Assembly (NCBI GenBank): GCA_963708025.1
Contig: CAVPSB010000013.1
Span: forward strand, 576,001-640,000
From: an uncultured Candidatus Rokubacteria bacterium
Lineage (GTDB): Bacteria > Methylomirabilota > Methylomirabilia > Rokubacteriales > DASRDR01
Length of the DNA: 64,000 nucleotides
Direction: 5' to 3'
Positions 29,054 through 38,355 of the stretch are shown here, piece by piece. The notes under the pieces are model-generated. The model did no database searches, was not told where the DNA came from, and saw nothing but the letters and a program-made list of their open reading frames with translations. The translations under genes were made by a program, and so were the position numbers. Positions within the stretch are counted from its first letter, which is position 1; every line of letters starts with the position of its first letter.

Positions 29054-29830
29054 CTAGGCCTTCACCGCCCGGACCATCCCCCAGCGGGCGACGGTTCTGG
29101 CCTCGAGGGCCTGGAACACCACCCGCTCGAAGAGGAGCCCGAGGGCGCCGATCACGACCAGGACCCCCATCATCACGTCGGTGTTCAGGAACTCCTTGGC
29201 GTCGAAGAGGACCCAGCCGAGCCCCCAGGCGCTGGCGGCGATCATCTCGCCGCCCACCACCGCGATCCAGGACCGGGCGAAGGCCTGCCGGAGTCCCGTG
29301 ATCACGAACGGGAGCGCGCCGGGCAGGACCACCTTCCGGAACAGGACCCGCTCGTCGGCCCCCATCGCCGAGGCCGCCCGGAGCCACAGCCGGTTGACCG
29401 ACCTCACCCCGGTCCAGGTGTTGTACATCAGGGGGAAGGTGGCCGCGTAGAAGACCAGCATGATGGTCGCGGTGTTCCCGAGCCCGAACCAGAGGATGAA
29501 CAGCGGCACCCAGGCGAGCGAGGGGATCGGCATGAGGACGCTGATCAGCGGCAGGAAGAACCGCTCGACCGGGCGCCAGCGTCCCATCAGCATCCCGAGC
29601 GGGATGCCGCAGAGCGCCGCCAGAACGAGCCCCGCCAGCACCCGGTAGAGCGTGAAGAGCGCGTGGCCGAAGAGCGACCCGTCCAGGACCATCCGGAGGA
29701 GGGCGCCCGCGATCGCCTCCACGGTGGGGGTGAGGGCGGGGGCGAACAGGCGGCTCCGGGCGAAGGCCTCCCACCCCAGGGCCAGGACGACCACGCCGGC
29801 CGTCCCTCGCGCGAGCTGCCGCCAATTCAT
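29054..29830 (-). CDS. NitT/TauT (SsuC/TauC-like) ABC permease
   Basis: PIPSLAWVPLFILWFG, LPGALPF..TGLR, GEM...GLG. Confidence 0.9.
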   Translation of the reverse strand: MNWRQLARGTAGVVVLALGWEAFARSRLFAPALTPTVEAIAGALLRMVLDGSLFGHALFTLYRVLAGLVLAALCGIPLGMLMGRWRPVERFFLPLISVLMPIPSLAWVPLFILWFGLGNTATIMLVFYAATFPLMYNTWTGVRSVNRLWLRAASAMGADERVLFRKVVLPGALPFVITGLRQAFARSWIAVVGGEMIAASAWGLGWVLFDAKEFLNTDVMMGVLVVIGALGLLFERVVFQALEARTVARWGMVRAVKA

Positions 29831-29854
29831 TGGTCTTGCCTGGCGCGAGAGACG

Positions 29855-29995
29855 TCCGGCACGCTGACCGTGGTGCCGGGCCGAGACCCGAGCAGCCCTA
29901 GGACGCAGGGAGTCGCCGACCGCAGGCGTACTCCGAGTACGCCGAGGATCGGCGACGACCGAGGACGACGGGATGCGACAGGTATCGGCCCGAGC
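29855..29995. repeat. Structured intergenic palindromic element between two permease genes
   Basis: CCGGCAC..GTGCCGG hairpin; nested GTCGCCGA..[GCGTACT-ccg-AGTACGC]..TCGGCGAC hairpin. Confidence 0.55.
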
Positions 29996-29999
29996 CTCC

Positions 30000-30836
30000 T
30001 CATCCCTGGAGCATCCCCCAGCGGACCACCGTCCACCGCTCCAGCCGCGCGAAGACGAGCCGCTCCAGAAGGACGCCGATGAGCCCGATCACCGCGATCC
30101 CCGCCAGCATGACGTCGGTGTTGAGGAACTCGCGCGCGCCGAAGATCAGCCAGCCGAGACCGCGAGGCACCGAGGTCAGCATCTCCGCCGCCACCAGGAC
30201 CCGCCAGGCCCGGGCCAGGGCCAGCCGCAGCCCGGTCAGGATGTACGGCAGGGCACCGGGCAGGATCACCTTGCGGAAGAGCTGGTGCTCCGGCGCCCCC
30301 ATGCCCTCGGCTGCCCGGATCCAGATCTCCTTCACGGCCTTCACGCCGGTCCAGGTGTTGACCGCCGCCGGGAAGGCAGCGGCCAGCGCGACCAGGAGCA
30401 CGGCGGGCAGGTTGCCGAGGCCGAACCACAGGATGAAGAGCGGCGCGTAGGCCAGCCCGGGGATCGGGCTCCCGATGCTCACCAGCGGGAGCAGCGTCTC
30501 CTCGGCCCAGCGGTAGCGCCCCATCGCGATCCCGACCGCCACCCCCAGGACAGCGGCCAGGGCGAAGCCGAGGACCAGCCGGACGATCGTCCCCTGGGCG
30601 TGGGTCAGGAGGATGCCGGAGGCCAGCAGGCCGCCGAAGGTCCGGGCCACGGTCCCGAGGCTCGGGAAGAGCTTCGGCGGCAGCGGCCCCAGCGCGGCGA
30701 ACAGCTCCCAGGCGACGGCCGCCACCGCGAAGGGCAGCAGGAACTCCCCGGCGGCGCGGAGGCGCCCAGCGCTGGCTCGCTCGCCGGTCACCGGCCGAGC
30801 CGACGGAGCGGCGACTGCTCCGGCTTCGCGGCTCAC
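30000..30836 (-). CDS. NitT/TauT (SsuC/TauC-like) ABC permease
   Basis: PIPGLAYAPLFILWFG, LPGALPYILTGLR, AAEM; GTG overlapping upstream stop. Confidence 0.9.
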   Translation of the reverse strand: MSREAGAVAAPSARPVTGERASAGRLRAAGEFLLPFAVAAVAWELFAALGPLPPKLFPSLGTVARTFGGLLASGILLTHAQGTIVRLVLGFALAAVLGVAVGIAMGRYRWAEETLLPLVSIGSPIPGLAYAPLFILWFGLGNLPAVLLVALAAAFPAAVNTWTGVKAVKEIWIRAAEGMGAPEHQLFRKVILPGALPYILTGLRLALARAWRVLVAAEMLTSVPRGLGWLIFGAREFLNTDVMLAGIAVIGLIGVLLERLVFARLERWTVVRWGMLQG

Positions 30837-31807
30837 GGGATCTTCGCGTCCGCCCGGAGCAGGATCGACTGGGGGACCGTGAGCCCCAGCTTGCCCGCGG
30901 TCTCGAGGTTTACGACGAGCTCGAACTCCCTCGCCTGCTCGATCGGCAAGTCGGCGGGGTGCGCACCCTTCAGGATCTTGTCGACGTACACGGCCGCGCG
31001 ACGGAACAGCTCCGGGAGCTTGGCCCCGTAGGCGATCAGGCCGCCGGCCTCGACGTTCTCCCGTGAGGCGTACACGGTGGGAAGCCCATGCTGTCACGGC
31101 CAGCTCGGCCACGCGCCGGCGCGCTCCCAACATCAGGGCGCTTGGACTCGACGATGAGGGCGCCGGGACGCTCGCGCGCGATCGTCGAGAAGGCATCGTC
31201 GAGCTCCGCCGCGCTCCGGACGCGGACCACGTGGAGGCGCATCCCGAGCGTCCGGGCTGCCGCCTCGGTCTCCTGGAGGTAACGAGTCGCGGGAGACGAC
31301 CACGGGTGCCCAGGAACGCGAGGCGAGACGCCCCCGGGACCAGCTCCCGCGCCAGCTCGACCCGCTTCGCGCTGAGCTCCACGCTCTGGGTCGTCAGGCC
31401 GGTCACGTTCCCGCCCGGCCGCGCGAGGCTCGTGACGATCCCGATCGTCGAGCGGATCCCCGCTCGCCGTGACGATCGGGATCGTCTTCGTCGCCTGGTA
31501 CGCGGCCCGTAGGGCGGGGTTGCCGGCCGTCACGATCACGTCGACCTTGAGCCGGACCAGCTCGGCTGCGAGCGCCGGCAGCCGCTCCGTCCTTCCCGTC
31601 AGCGCCCCGGGCCTCGAAGCTCACGGTCCGGCCCTCGACGTACCCGAGCTCGCGCATCGCCCTGACGGAACGCCTCCCAGACGAAGCGCGGGCGGCGAAG
31701 GAGCCGGTGTCCAGGAGCCCGATCCGGGGCACCGCGCCCGGCGACTGAGCCCCGGCGCTCCACGGGGCCAGGAGGCACAGGGCCAGGAGGAGCCGCGGCC
31801 ACCTCAT
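30833..31807 (-). pseudogene. ABC_sub_bind (PF04392-type) substrate-binding protein, multiply frameshifted
   Basis: Fragments in different frames: PRIGLL, ELGYVEG, ELVRLKVDVIVT, TKTIPIV, PGGNVTG, AGGLIAYG, YVDKILKGA.PADLPIEQ..FELVVNL. Confidence 0.8.
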
Positions 31808-31827
31808 CGATAGCTCACTGGAGGATT

Positions 31828-32796
31828 TCACTGGAGGGTCTCGTCCGCCCGGACCAGGACCGACTGGGGGATCGTCAGGCCGAACGCCTTCGCGGCCCGG
31901 AGGTTGACGATCAGCTCGAACTTCGTCGGCTGCTCCACGGGCAAGTCGCCGGGTTTGGCGCCTTTCAGGATCTTGTCGACGTAGACGGCCGCGCGCCGGA
32001 ACACCTCGGGAACGTCGGCCCCGTAGCTCATGAGCCCGCCCGCCTCCGCAAACTGTCGCCATGGGGCGATGGCGGGCAGCCGCACCTTCGCCGCCAGCTC
32101 CGGGCTGTGGCTGAAGAAGAACGGCGAGCCGGGAACCGCGAGGGCGTCAGCCTTCCCTCGGGTCACGGCGGCGACGGCGCCGTCCAGCTCGGTCGAGCCC
32201 CGGACCTCGACGACCTGAACCTGCACGCCCAGCGAGCGCGCGGCACGCTCGGTGGCGGCGAGCATGGCCCCGGCGCTGGGGTCGGTCCGATTGACCAGCA
32301 CGGCCATCCGCGTCAGGCCCGGGATCGTCTCCTTCAGCAGGGTGATGCGCTTGGCGTCGAGCTCCACGTTCATGGTCGACAGCCCCGTCAGGTTGCCGCC
32401 GGGGCGCCCGAGGCTGGCGACGAGCCCCACCGCCACGGGATCCTCGGTGGTGGTGAAGACGATCGGGATCGTCTTCGTCGCGTTCTTCGCGGCCGGGACC
32501 GCGAGCGCGGTCGCCACGATCACGTCGACCTTGAGCCGGACCAGCTCGGCGGCGAGGGCGGGCAGGCGCTCGACCACGCCACCCGTCGAGGGGCGCTCGA
32601 TGACGAGGTTCTGTCCCTCGATCCAACCGAGGTCGCGGAGTCCTTGCCGGAAACCCTCGATGTTGGGGTTCCCCATCGCGTGCGTGAGGATTCCGATTCG
32701 CGCGACCCGCGCCGGCGGCTGCGCATCGACACCGATGGACACGCCGAGAACCAACAGGGCGAGCGCCAGGGCCGATCCAGCGGAGCGGCGCTTCAC
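31828..32796 (-). CDS. ABC_sub_bind (PF04392-type, putative Trp/Tyr) substrate-binding protein
   Basis: [68 protein letters not shown]. Confidence 0.92.
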   Translation of the reverse strand: MKRRSAGSALALALLVLGVSIGVDAQPPARVARIGILTHAMGNPNIEGFRQGLRDLGWIEGQNLVIERPSTGGVVERLPALAAELVRLKVDVIVATALAVPAAKNATKTIPIVFTTTEDPVAVGLVASLGRPGGNLTGLSTMNVELDAKRITLLKETIPGLTRMAVLVNRTDPSAGAMLAATERAARSLGVQVQVVEVRGSTELDGAVAAVTRGKADALAVPGSPFFFSHSPELAAKVRLPAIAPWRQFAEAGGLMSYGADVPEVFRRAAVYVDKILKGAKPGDLPVEQPTKFELIVNLRAAKAFGLTIPQSVLVRADETLQ

Positions 32797-32812
32797 CGAC
32801 CCCCCTTTTCCC

Positions 32813-33784
32813 TCATCCCTTCATGGCCTGGTCGAACAGATCACGACGCAGGGTCCGATCCCAATCGGGCATCGCCTTGATCCGTCCGCCCTTGAGCAGG
32901 CTCTCGGCCTCGGCGATCGTGTAGGCGCGGAACTCCGGGCCCATCTCCACCTTGACCTCGAAGCGGCCGAGGGCCTTCCGCACGACCGACGGGGTGACGG
33001 TGTAGCCGCGCTCCTTGAGGACCTCGGTCATGATGTCGCCGGCCCGCTGCGGCTCCTCCTGGAAGATGCGCGCGGTGGCGATCCAGACCCGGAGGAACTG
33101 CACGGTGGCGTCGCGGCGCTTGTCGGCGACGCCGGGGCCCGCCGCCAGGACGACCGGGATGGGGTCGTACGTCTCGAAGCTCAGGAGCGACCGGGCCAGG
33201 CCCTGCTCCTCCGCGACCGAGATGAAGGGCTCGGTGCTGACGCTGGCCTCCACCTGCTTGGCGATGAGCGCGCTCACCTTGTCGGGCTCGAGCGTGTTGA
33301 CCGGCTCGTAGCTCCCCGGGGCGAGCCCGAACTTCGGCGCCACCCGGGAAACGAAGACCGCGTCCGTGCTGCTCCCGATCCCGGTGGCGACCTTCTTGCC
33401 CCGGAGGTCGCCGACGCTCTTGTACGGCGAGTCGGGGCGGACCAGCACGTGGACGGTCTTGCCGGCGTTGCCGGCGAGGGCGATCGCGACGAGGTCGCCC
33501 TTCTCCGCCCCGAGGACGAACGTGGGGACGGCGAACGTCCCGAAGTCGATCCGCCCCGCCACCATCGCGTCCCGCGTCTGCCGCCCCACCGGCGCCTGGA
33601 TCCCCTCCACCGCCAGGCCCATCTTCTCGAACAGCCCCGACTTCAGCGCGACCACCGACAGGCTCCCCCAGATGTTCACCTGGTAGCCCAGCCGCACGGG
33701 CTCGGCCCCGCGCGCCGCGCGCCCGCCGAGGAGAAGACCCGCCGTCGCCCCACCCAGCCCGGCCACGAACGTCCGTCGATCCAT
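32813..33784 (-). CDS. SsuA/NMT1-like ABC substrate-binding protein, Tat-like signal
   Basis: MDRRTFV; G.F.K.GL.VE, DLRGKKVA..GS, EPF. Confidence 0.85.
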   Translation of the reverse strand: MDRRTFVAGLGGATAGLLLGGRAARGAEPVRLGYQVNIWGSLSVVALKSGLFEKMGLAVEGIQAPVGRQTRDAMVAGRIDFGTFAVPTFVLGAEKGDLVAIALAGNAGKTVHVLVRPDSPYKSVGDLRGKKVATGIGSSTDAVFVSRVAPKFGLAPGSYEPVNTLEPDKVSALIAKQVEASVSTEPFISVAEEQGLARSLLSFETYDPIPVVLAAGPGVADKRRDATVQFLRVWIATARIFQEEPQRAGDIMTEVLKERGYTVTPSVVRKALGRFEVKVEMGPEFRAYTIAEAESLLKGGRIKAMPDWDRTLRRDLFDQAMKG

Positions 33785-33794
33785 GGCTTCCCTC

Positions 33795-34487
33795 CTAGAG
33801 CCCGAGATAGCGGGCCTTGATCTCCTCGTTCGCCCAGAGCGCCTGGGGGGCGCAGGAATGCACGATCCGGCCACGCGAGAGGACGTGGACGTGGTCGGTC
33901 ACGCGGAGCGCCAGGGGGATGTTCTGCTCGACCAGCAGGATCGACAGGCCGCGCGCCTTGAGGTCGGCGATTACGCGCCCGACCTCGCGCACCAGGAGCG
34001 GCGCCAGACCCTCGGTCGGCTCGTCCATGAGCAGGAGGTCGGGGTTGCCCATGAGGGCGCGGCCGATCGCCAGCATCTGCTGCTCGCCGCCGGAGAGCTT
34101 GCCGGCCCGACTCTCGGCCCGCTCGGCGAGCCGCGGGAAGAGGTCCATCACGGTCGGGACGGTCCACGGGCCGCCGTTCCCCCGGGCCGCCACCGCCAGG
34201 TTCTCGCCCACGGTGAGCGAGGGAAAGACCCGCCGGCCCTGGGGGACGAGGCCCATTCCCAGCCCGACCGCGCGGTGGGACGCCCAGCCGGTGATGTCCT
34301 GGCCCTTGAAGCGCACCCGGCCGGCCCGGGGCGGCGTGAACCCGATGATGGAGCGGATCAGCGTGGTCTTCCCCATGCCGTTCCGGCCGAGGATGCCGAC
34401 CACCTGGCTCCGGTCCACCCGCAGGGAGACCCCCTGGAGGACGTAGCTCTCGCCGTAGTAGGTGTGGATGTCCTCGATCTCGAGCAG
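33795..34487 (-). CDS. livF: Branched-chain amino acid ABC transporter ATP-binding protein LivF-like; probable CTG start
   Basis: LEIEDIHTYYGESYVLQGVSL, GRNGMGKTT, LSGGEQQMLAIGRALM.NP, DEPTEGLAP, LVEQN; AAGGGGGG RBS before CTG. Confidence 0.88.
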   Translation of the reverse strand: MLEIEDIHTYYGESYVLQGVSLRVDRSQVVGILGRNGMGKTTLIRSIIGFTPPRAGRVRFKGQDITGWASHRAVGLGMGLVPQGRRVFPSLTVGENLAVAARGNGGPWTVPTVMDLFPRLAERAESRAGKLSGGEQQMLAIGRALMGNPDLLLMDEPTEGLAPLLVREVGRVIADLKARGLSILLVEQNIPLALRVTDHVHVLSRGRIVHSCAPQALWANEEIKARYLGL

Positions 34488-34506
34488 GCAGGCCCCCCTT
34501 CGCCAG

Positions 34507-34544
34507 GGGCAGAATAGAACACGGCCGGGCCGCCCGCAACGGCG
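34507..34544 (-). promoter_or_regulatory. Sigma70-type promoter, near-identical to 45883-45920
   Basis: TTGCGG-17 bp-TATTCT; 33/38 identical to second copy. Confidence 0.6.
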
Positions 34545-34582
34545 GGGCCCGGCTCCGCTCCCAACCCGCTATCGAGGGCCGA

Positions 34583-34786
34583 TTACCGCCGGTCTTCGCG
34601 GAGGGCTTCGAGGGCGGGCGTGAACTTGACCTTGCCGCGGAGGGAGCGAAGCCGATCGTAGGCCTCGCTCGCCGCCACCAGCTCCAGTCCGTGTCGGATG
34701 GTGGCCGTCACGCCTTCGCCGGTGCGCTCACGCGCCCGCCGCAGGAGGTCCGCGTCGATGCGAACGGTCAGCTTCCGCGTGGCCAC
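34583..34786 (-). CDS. VapB-like ribbon-helix-helix antitoxin, orphan
   Basis: RKLTVRID.DLL.RA....G.G.T.TI..GL; C-terminal 'L..LRGKV.F...L.ALREDR' typical of VapB partners. Confidence 0.7.
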   Translation of the reverse strand: MATRKLTVRIDADLLRRARERTGEGVTATIRHGLELVAASEAYDRLRSLRGKVKFTPALEALREDRR

Positions 34787-34902
34787 GCTCGAACCGTACC
34801 AGCATCAATGCCGCGACACAATCCGGGCGCGACCACCGCATCCGGCGAGCCGACGACGTGCGCCTGGCACGTCCGGCGGGTTGGCGGGCGGACGACCTGC
34901 CC

Positions 34903-35820
34903 CTACGCCAGGTAGTCGAAGAGCCGGGCACCGAGCCGGTCGCGCAGCCCGGCGACCGCGGGCGCCACCGCGTCGGCGAAGGCGGCCCGCTCGGCCCCGG
35001 TCAGCCGGACCACCGCGACGCCATCCGGCTCCAGCTTCGCCAGCACCTCGCCGTCCTCCGCCGCCGCCAGCGCACGCTGGGCGGTCCCGGCCTCCCGGGC
35101 GGCCGCCTCGACCGCCCGCCGGACCTCCCCCGGCCAGGCGTGGTAGGTCGCGGCGTGGCAGAGGAGACCGGCCACCGCGAAGAAGTGGCTCGAGAGCGTG
35201 ACGTGGCGATGGTGGCGGTAGATCTCGAAGTTGTAGACATTGGTCAGCGAGTTGTCCTGGGCGTCGATCGTGCCCGCGCGCACGGCGGCGAGCAGGTCCT
35301 TGACGTCGAGCGCCACCGGCTCGAACCCGAGGTGCCTGAAGACGGCCTGGTGCAGCTCGCTCGGCATCGTGCGCATGCGGAGCCCGCGACAGTCGGCCGG
35401 CGCCCGGATGGGCCGCACGCGGTTGGTGAGGTGCCGGAACCCGTTGTCCCAGTACCCGAGCAGCCGGTAGCCGGTCGAGGCCTCCAGCCGGTCGGCGAGG
35501 AAGGACCCCAGCGCGCCGTCGAGGAGCGCGTAGGCCCGCTCCCGGCGGTCGAAGACGAACGGGAGGTCGAGCAGCGCGAGCTCCGGCACCCGGGCCGCCA
35601 GGTAACTCGTCGAGAAGTAGCACATCGTGAGCTGGCCGCCCTCGACCAGGGCGAGCAGGTCCGTCGCCGGCCGGCCCGCGGCGACGATGTCGCCGTCGAG
35701 ATCGAACCGGACCGCGTCGCCGAGCCGCGCCGCCAGCGCCCGGCCCAGCACCGCGGCCGCCTGGCTGTGGACCGAGGCCGGCGGCTGATATCCCCCGAAT
35801 CGGACGTGCAGCGGCGGCAT
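34903..35820 (-). CDS. dctP: TRAP transporter substrate-binding protein DctP (no obvious signal peptide)
   Basis: LDLPFVF, WDNGFRH.TN..RPI..PAD..GLRMR, G.IDAQDN. Confidence 0.88.
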   Translation of the reverse strand: MPPLHVRFGGYQPPASVHSQAAAVLGRALAARLGDAVRFDLDGDIVAAGRPATDLLALVEGGQLTMCYFSTSYLAARVPELALLDLPFVFDRRERAYALLDGALGSFLADRLEASTGYRLLGYWDNGFRHLTNRVRPIRAPADCRGLRMRTMPSELHQAVFRHLGFEPVALDVKDLLAAVRAGTIDAQDNSLTNVYNFEIYRHHRHVTLSSHFFAVAGLLCHAATYHAWPGEVRRAVEAAAREAGTAQRALAAAEDGEVLAKLEPDGVAVVRLTGAERAAFADAVAPAVAGLRDRLGARLFDYLA

Positions 35821-35846
35821 GCCCCCCTCTCCCGATCGGCGACCGC

Positions 35847-37019
35847 TCAGACGCCGAACAGCCGCCGGGAGGCGATCCGGGCCCCTTCGCCCAGCGCGGC
35901 CAGCTTGCCCCAGGCGACGTCTTCCGCGACCCGACTGTTGCCGGCGGAGGTCTCCAGGCCGCAGTCGGTGCCGGCCAGCACCCGGCGAGAATCCCCGATG
36001 ACGGCCGCCACCCGCTCGAGGCGGTCGGCGATGACCTCGGGGTGCTCCACGACGTTGGTGAGGGTGTCGATGACCCCCGCCACCAGGACCTGGTCCTCGT
36101 CGAGCGGCAGGCGCTCGAAGCAGCGGAACTCGTGGGCGTGGCGGGCGTTGCCGAAGGGGAGCACGAAGCCGCCGACGTTCGCCCGCCGCACGATCGGCAA
36201 CACGTCGGCGAGGGGCACGTCCTGGTCGTGCGGCCCTTCGTAATTGCCCCAGCAGAGATGCAAGCGCACCCGGTCGCGTGGCACGTTCTCGAGCGCCCGG
36301 TTGATCGCCTCGACCACCATCTCGACGAATCCCAGGAACTCGGACAGCGGGCGATGACGGTAGGCGATGTGCCGCTCCATCGCCAGATCCGGGCAGTCGA
36401 GCTGCAACACGAAGCCGTGCCGGACGATCGCCTCGTACTCGATCTGCAGCGCGGCGCCCAGCGCGGCCAGATAGGATTCCAGGCTGTCGTAGTGCTCGTT
36501 GTGGATGATCGTCGCGACGATCCCGGGCGAAGGCGCGGTGACGAACGCCTCGACGAACCGGCCTTCGCTGCCGGCCAGCGCGGCCACGAAGTCGGCGCAC
36601 TCGGCGTCCACCAGCGAGGCGTCGAGGTAGCGGACCTCGCCGATCGCCTTCGGGAGGTAGTCGCGGTTGCTGACGGAGAATCGCTGGGCGGCCTGCTCCA
36701 GCTGCGCGCGCTTGAATGCCGGATAGCGGTCGAGATCCGCCGGCACCAGACGCTCTCCCGAGCCGCCCAGGCCGCCGAGACGACGGCGCAGGTACAGCAC
36801 GAACGACTCGCGCTGCTGCTCGCCGTTGTTGACGACGTCGATGCCGGCCTCGATCTGCCGGGGCACGATCCCGCGCACCGCCTCCCGGCCGGCGGCCTCC
36901 AGCTCGGCCGGGTCGACCGGCTGGCCCCGCACGCGAAGGGCGTAGAGCCGGGTCAGCTCGGCGGGCCGGGGCAGGCTGCCGGCATGCGTCGTGAGAATGC
37001 GAGTCTCGCTGCGCTTCAC
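35847..37019 (-). CDS. Cobalamin-independent methionine synthase II family (MetE-like / epoxyalkane:CoM transferase-like)
   Basis: LTTHAGSLPRP, GIDVV..GE, LQLDCPDL, HLCWGNYEGPH, VEHPE, AGTDCG. Confidence 0.9.
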   Translation of the reverse strand: MKRSETRILTTHAGSLPRPAELTRLYALRVRGQPVDPAELEAAGREAVRGIVPRQIEAGIDVVNNGEQQRESFVLYLRRRLGGLGGSGERLVPADLDRYPAFKRAQLEQAAQRFSVSNRDYLPKAIGEVRYLDASLVDAECADFVAALAGSEGRFVEAFVTAPSPGIVATIIHNEHYDSLESYLAALGAALQIEYEAIVRHGFVLQLDCPDLAMERHIAYRHRPLSEFLGFVEMVVEAINRALENVPRDRVRLHLCWGNYEGPHDQDVPLADVLPIVRRANVGGFVLPFGNARHAHEFRCFERLPLDEDQVLVAGVIDTLTNVVEHPEVIADRLERVAAVIGDSRRVLAGTDCGLETSAGNSRVAEDVAWGKLAALGEGARIASRRLFGV

Positions 37020-37056
37020 GTCGGCCTCCCCTGAGTCGCGTCTATCGCGGCCGGCG

Positions 37057-38340
37057 TCAGTAGCCCACCAGGCGGGGCAGCCACTGCGAGAGCGCGGGCA
37101 CGAAGATGACCGCCAGCGTCACCAGCAGGATGCAGCCCGCGTACGGGATCATCTCGATGGTCGCCTCCGAGAGGCTGCAGCCCGCGATCGGGGCGACCAT
37201 GAAGACGGCCAGCGCGACCGGCGGCGTGAGGATGGCGAACTGCGCCGACATGAGGATGACCAGCGCCAGGTGATGGGGCTCGACCCCGAACAGCGGGGCC
37301 AGCGGCGCCGCCACCGGGACGAGCATGATCATGATCGGGACGCCCTCGAGGGGAAAGCCGAGCAGGATGATGATCGCCATCACCGCCAGCAGGAACGTCT
37401 CGGGCGAGCGGATGAACGGCTGGAGCATGGGGCCGAGCTGCTGGGGGATCATGTTGATGATCAGTAGCCACGACAGCACCTGCGACGCGGCCACCATGAG
37501 GAACACCATGCCGCTCAGCTTCGCGCTGTCGAGCAGCGCCCGGGTGATGTCCCGCCAGCCCAGCCGCAGCCCGCCGAACGAGCCGAACACGAGCGCGTAG
37601 GCCACGGCGACCGCGCCGGCCTCGGTCGGCGTGAAGAAGCCACTCACGATCCCGCCGATGACGATGACGGCCGTCCCCAGGCCGAGGAAGGCCGGCGGGA
37701 ACGTCCGGACGACTGCGCGCATCGACCAGGACCGCTCGCTCACCGGGAAGTTCCGCCGCTTCGCCATCAAGGCCACGGTCGCCATCTGGGTGAGCCCGAT
37801 CAGGACTCCCGGGATCGCCCCCGACAGGAAGAGCCGCCCGATCGAGAGCTTCCCGCCGTAGAGGTAGGCGATGATGAGCATGCCCACGCTCGGGGGGATG
37901 ATGGCACCCATCACGCAGGACCCGGCGGTGATCGCCGCCGCGACGCCGCGCGGGTAGCCTTCCTTCACCAGGCCCGGAATGAGCGCCTTCCCGATGGCGG
38001 CGCAGTCCGCCAGGGAGACGCCGCTGATCCCGCCGAACGCCATGGCGGCGGCGATGGTCACGTGAGCCAGCCCGCCCCGCAGGGGGCCCACCAGGGCCTT
38101 CACGAAGTCGATCAGCCGGGCGAGCATCCCGGAGCGCCCCATGAGGTCGCCGGCCAGGATGAAAAACGGGATGGCGAGCAGCGTGAACGAGTCCATGGCC
38201 CCGAACATGATCGTCGGCAGGACGTTCAGGTTCGCCTGGCCGGAGATCACGATGTGGGCCGCTCCCGCGAAGCCGAGGGCGAAGGCGATGGGGACGCCGA
38301 TGGTGATCGCCAGGAAGAAGACCAGGAAGGTGATGGACAC
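37057..38340 (-). CDS. dctM: TRAP transporter large permease
   Basis: LLAIPFFILAG.LM, GGISG...AD, IIPPS, TPTEAG, TPPV. Confidence 0.92.
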   Translation of the reverse strand: MSITFLVFFLAITIGVPIAFALGFAGAAHIVISGQANLNVLPTIMFGAMDSFTLLAIPFFILAGDLMGRSGMLARLIDFVKALVGPLRGGLAHVTIAAAMAFGGISGVSLADCAAIGKALIPGLVKEGYPRGVAAAITAGSCVMGAIIPPSVGMLIIAYLYGGKLSIGRLFLSGAIPGVLIGLTQMATVALMAKRRNFPVSERSWSMRAVVRTFPPAFLGLGTAVIVIGGIVSGFFTPTEAGAVAVAYALVFGSFGGLRLGWRDITRALLDSAKLSGMVFLMVAASQVLSWLLIINMIPQQLGPMLQPFIRSPETFLLAVMAIIILLGFPLEGVPIMIMLVPVAAPLAPLFGVEPHHLALVILMSAQFAILTPPVALAVFMVAPIAGCSLSEATIEMIPYAGCILLVTLAVIFVPALSQWLPRLVGY

Positions 38341-38355
38341 GATCGACCGCCGGGG

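Noticed and set aside
30000..31406. Binding protein-permease fusion (468 aa)
   Set aside because: Product of frameshifts in the PF04392 gene; the permease starts at 30836.
35847..37019. Calling the gene metE
   Set aside because: Single-barrel MetE-like protein in a catabolic context; methionine synthase function is not supported.
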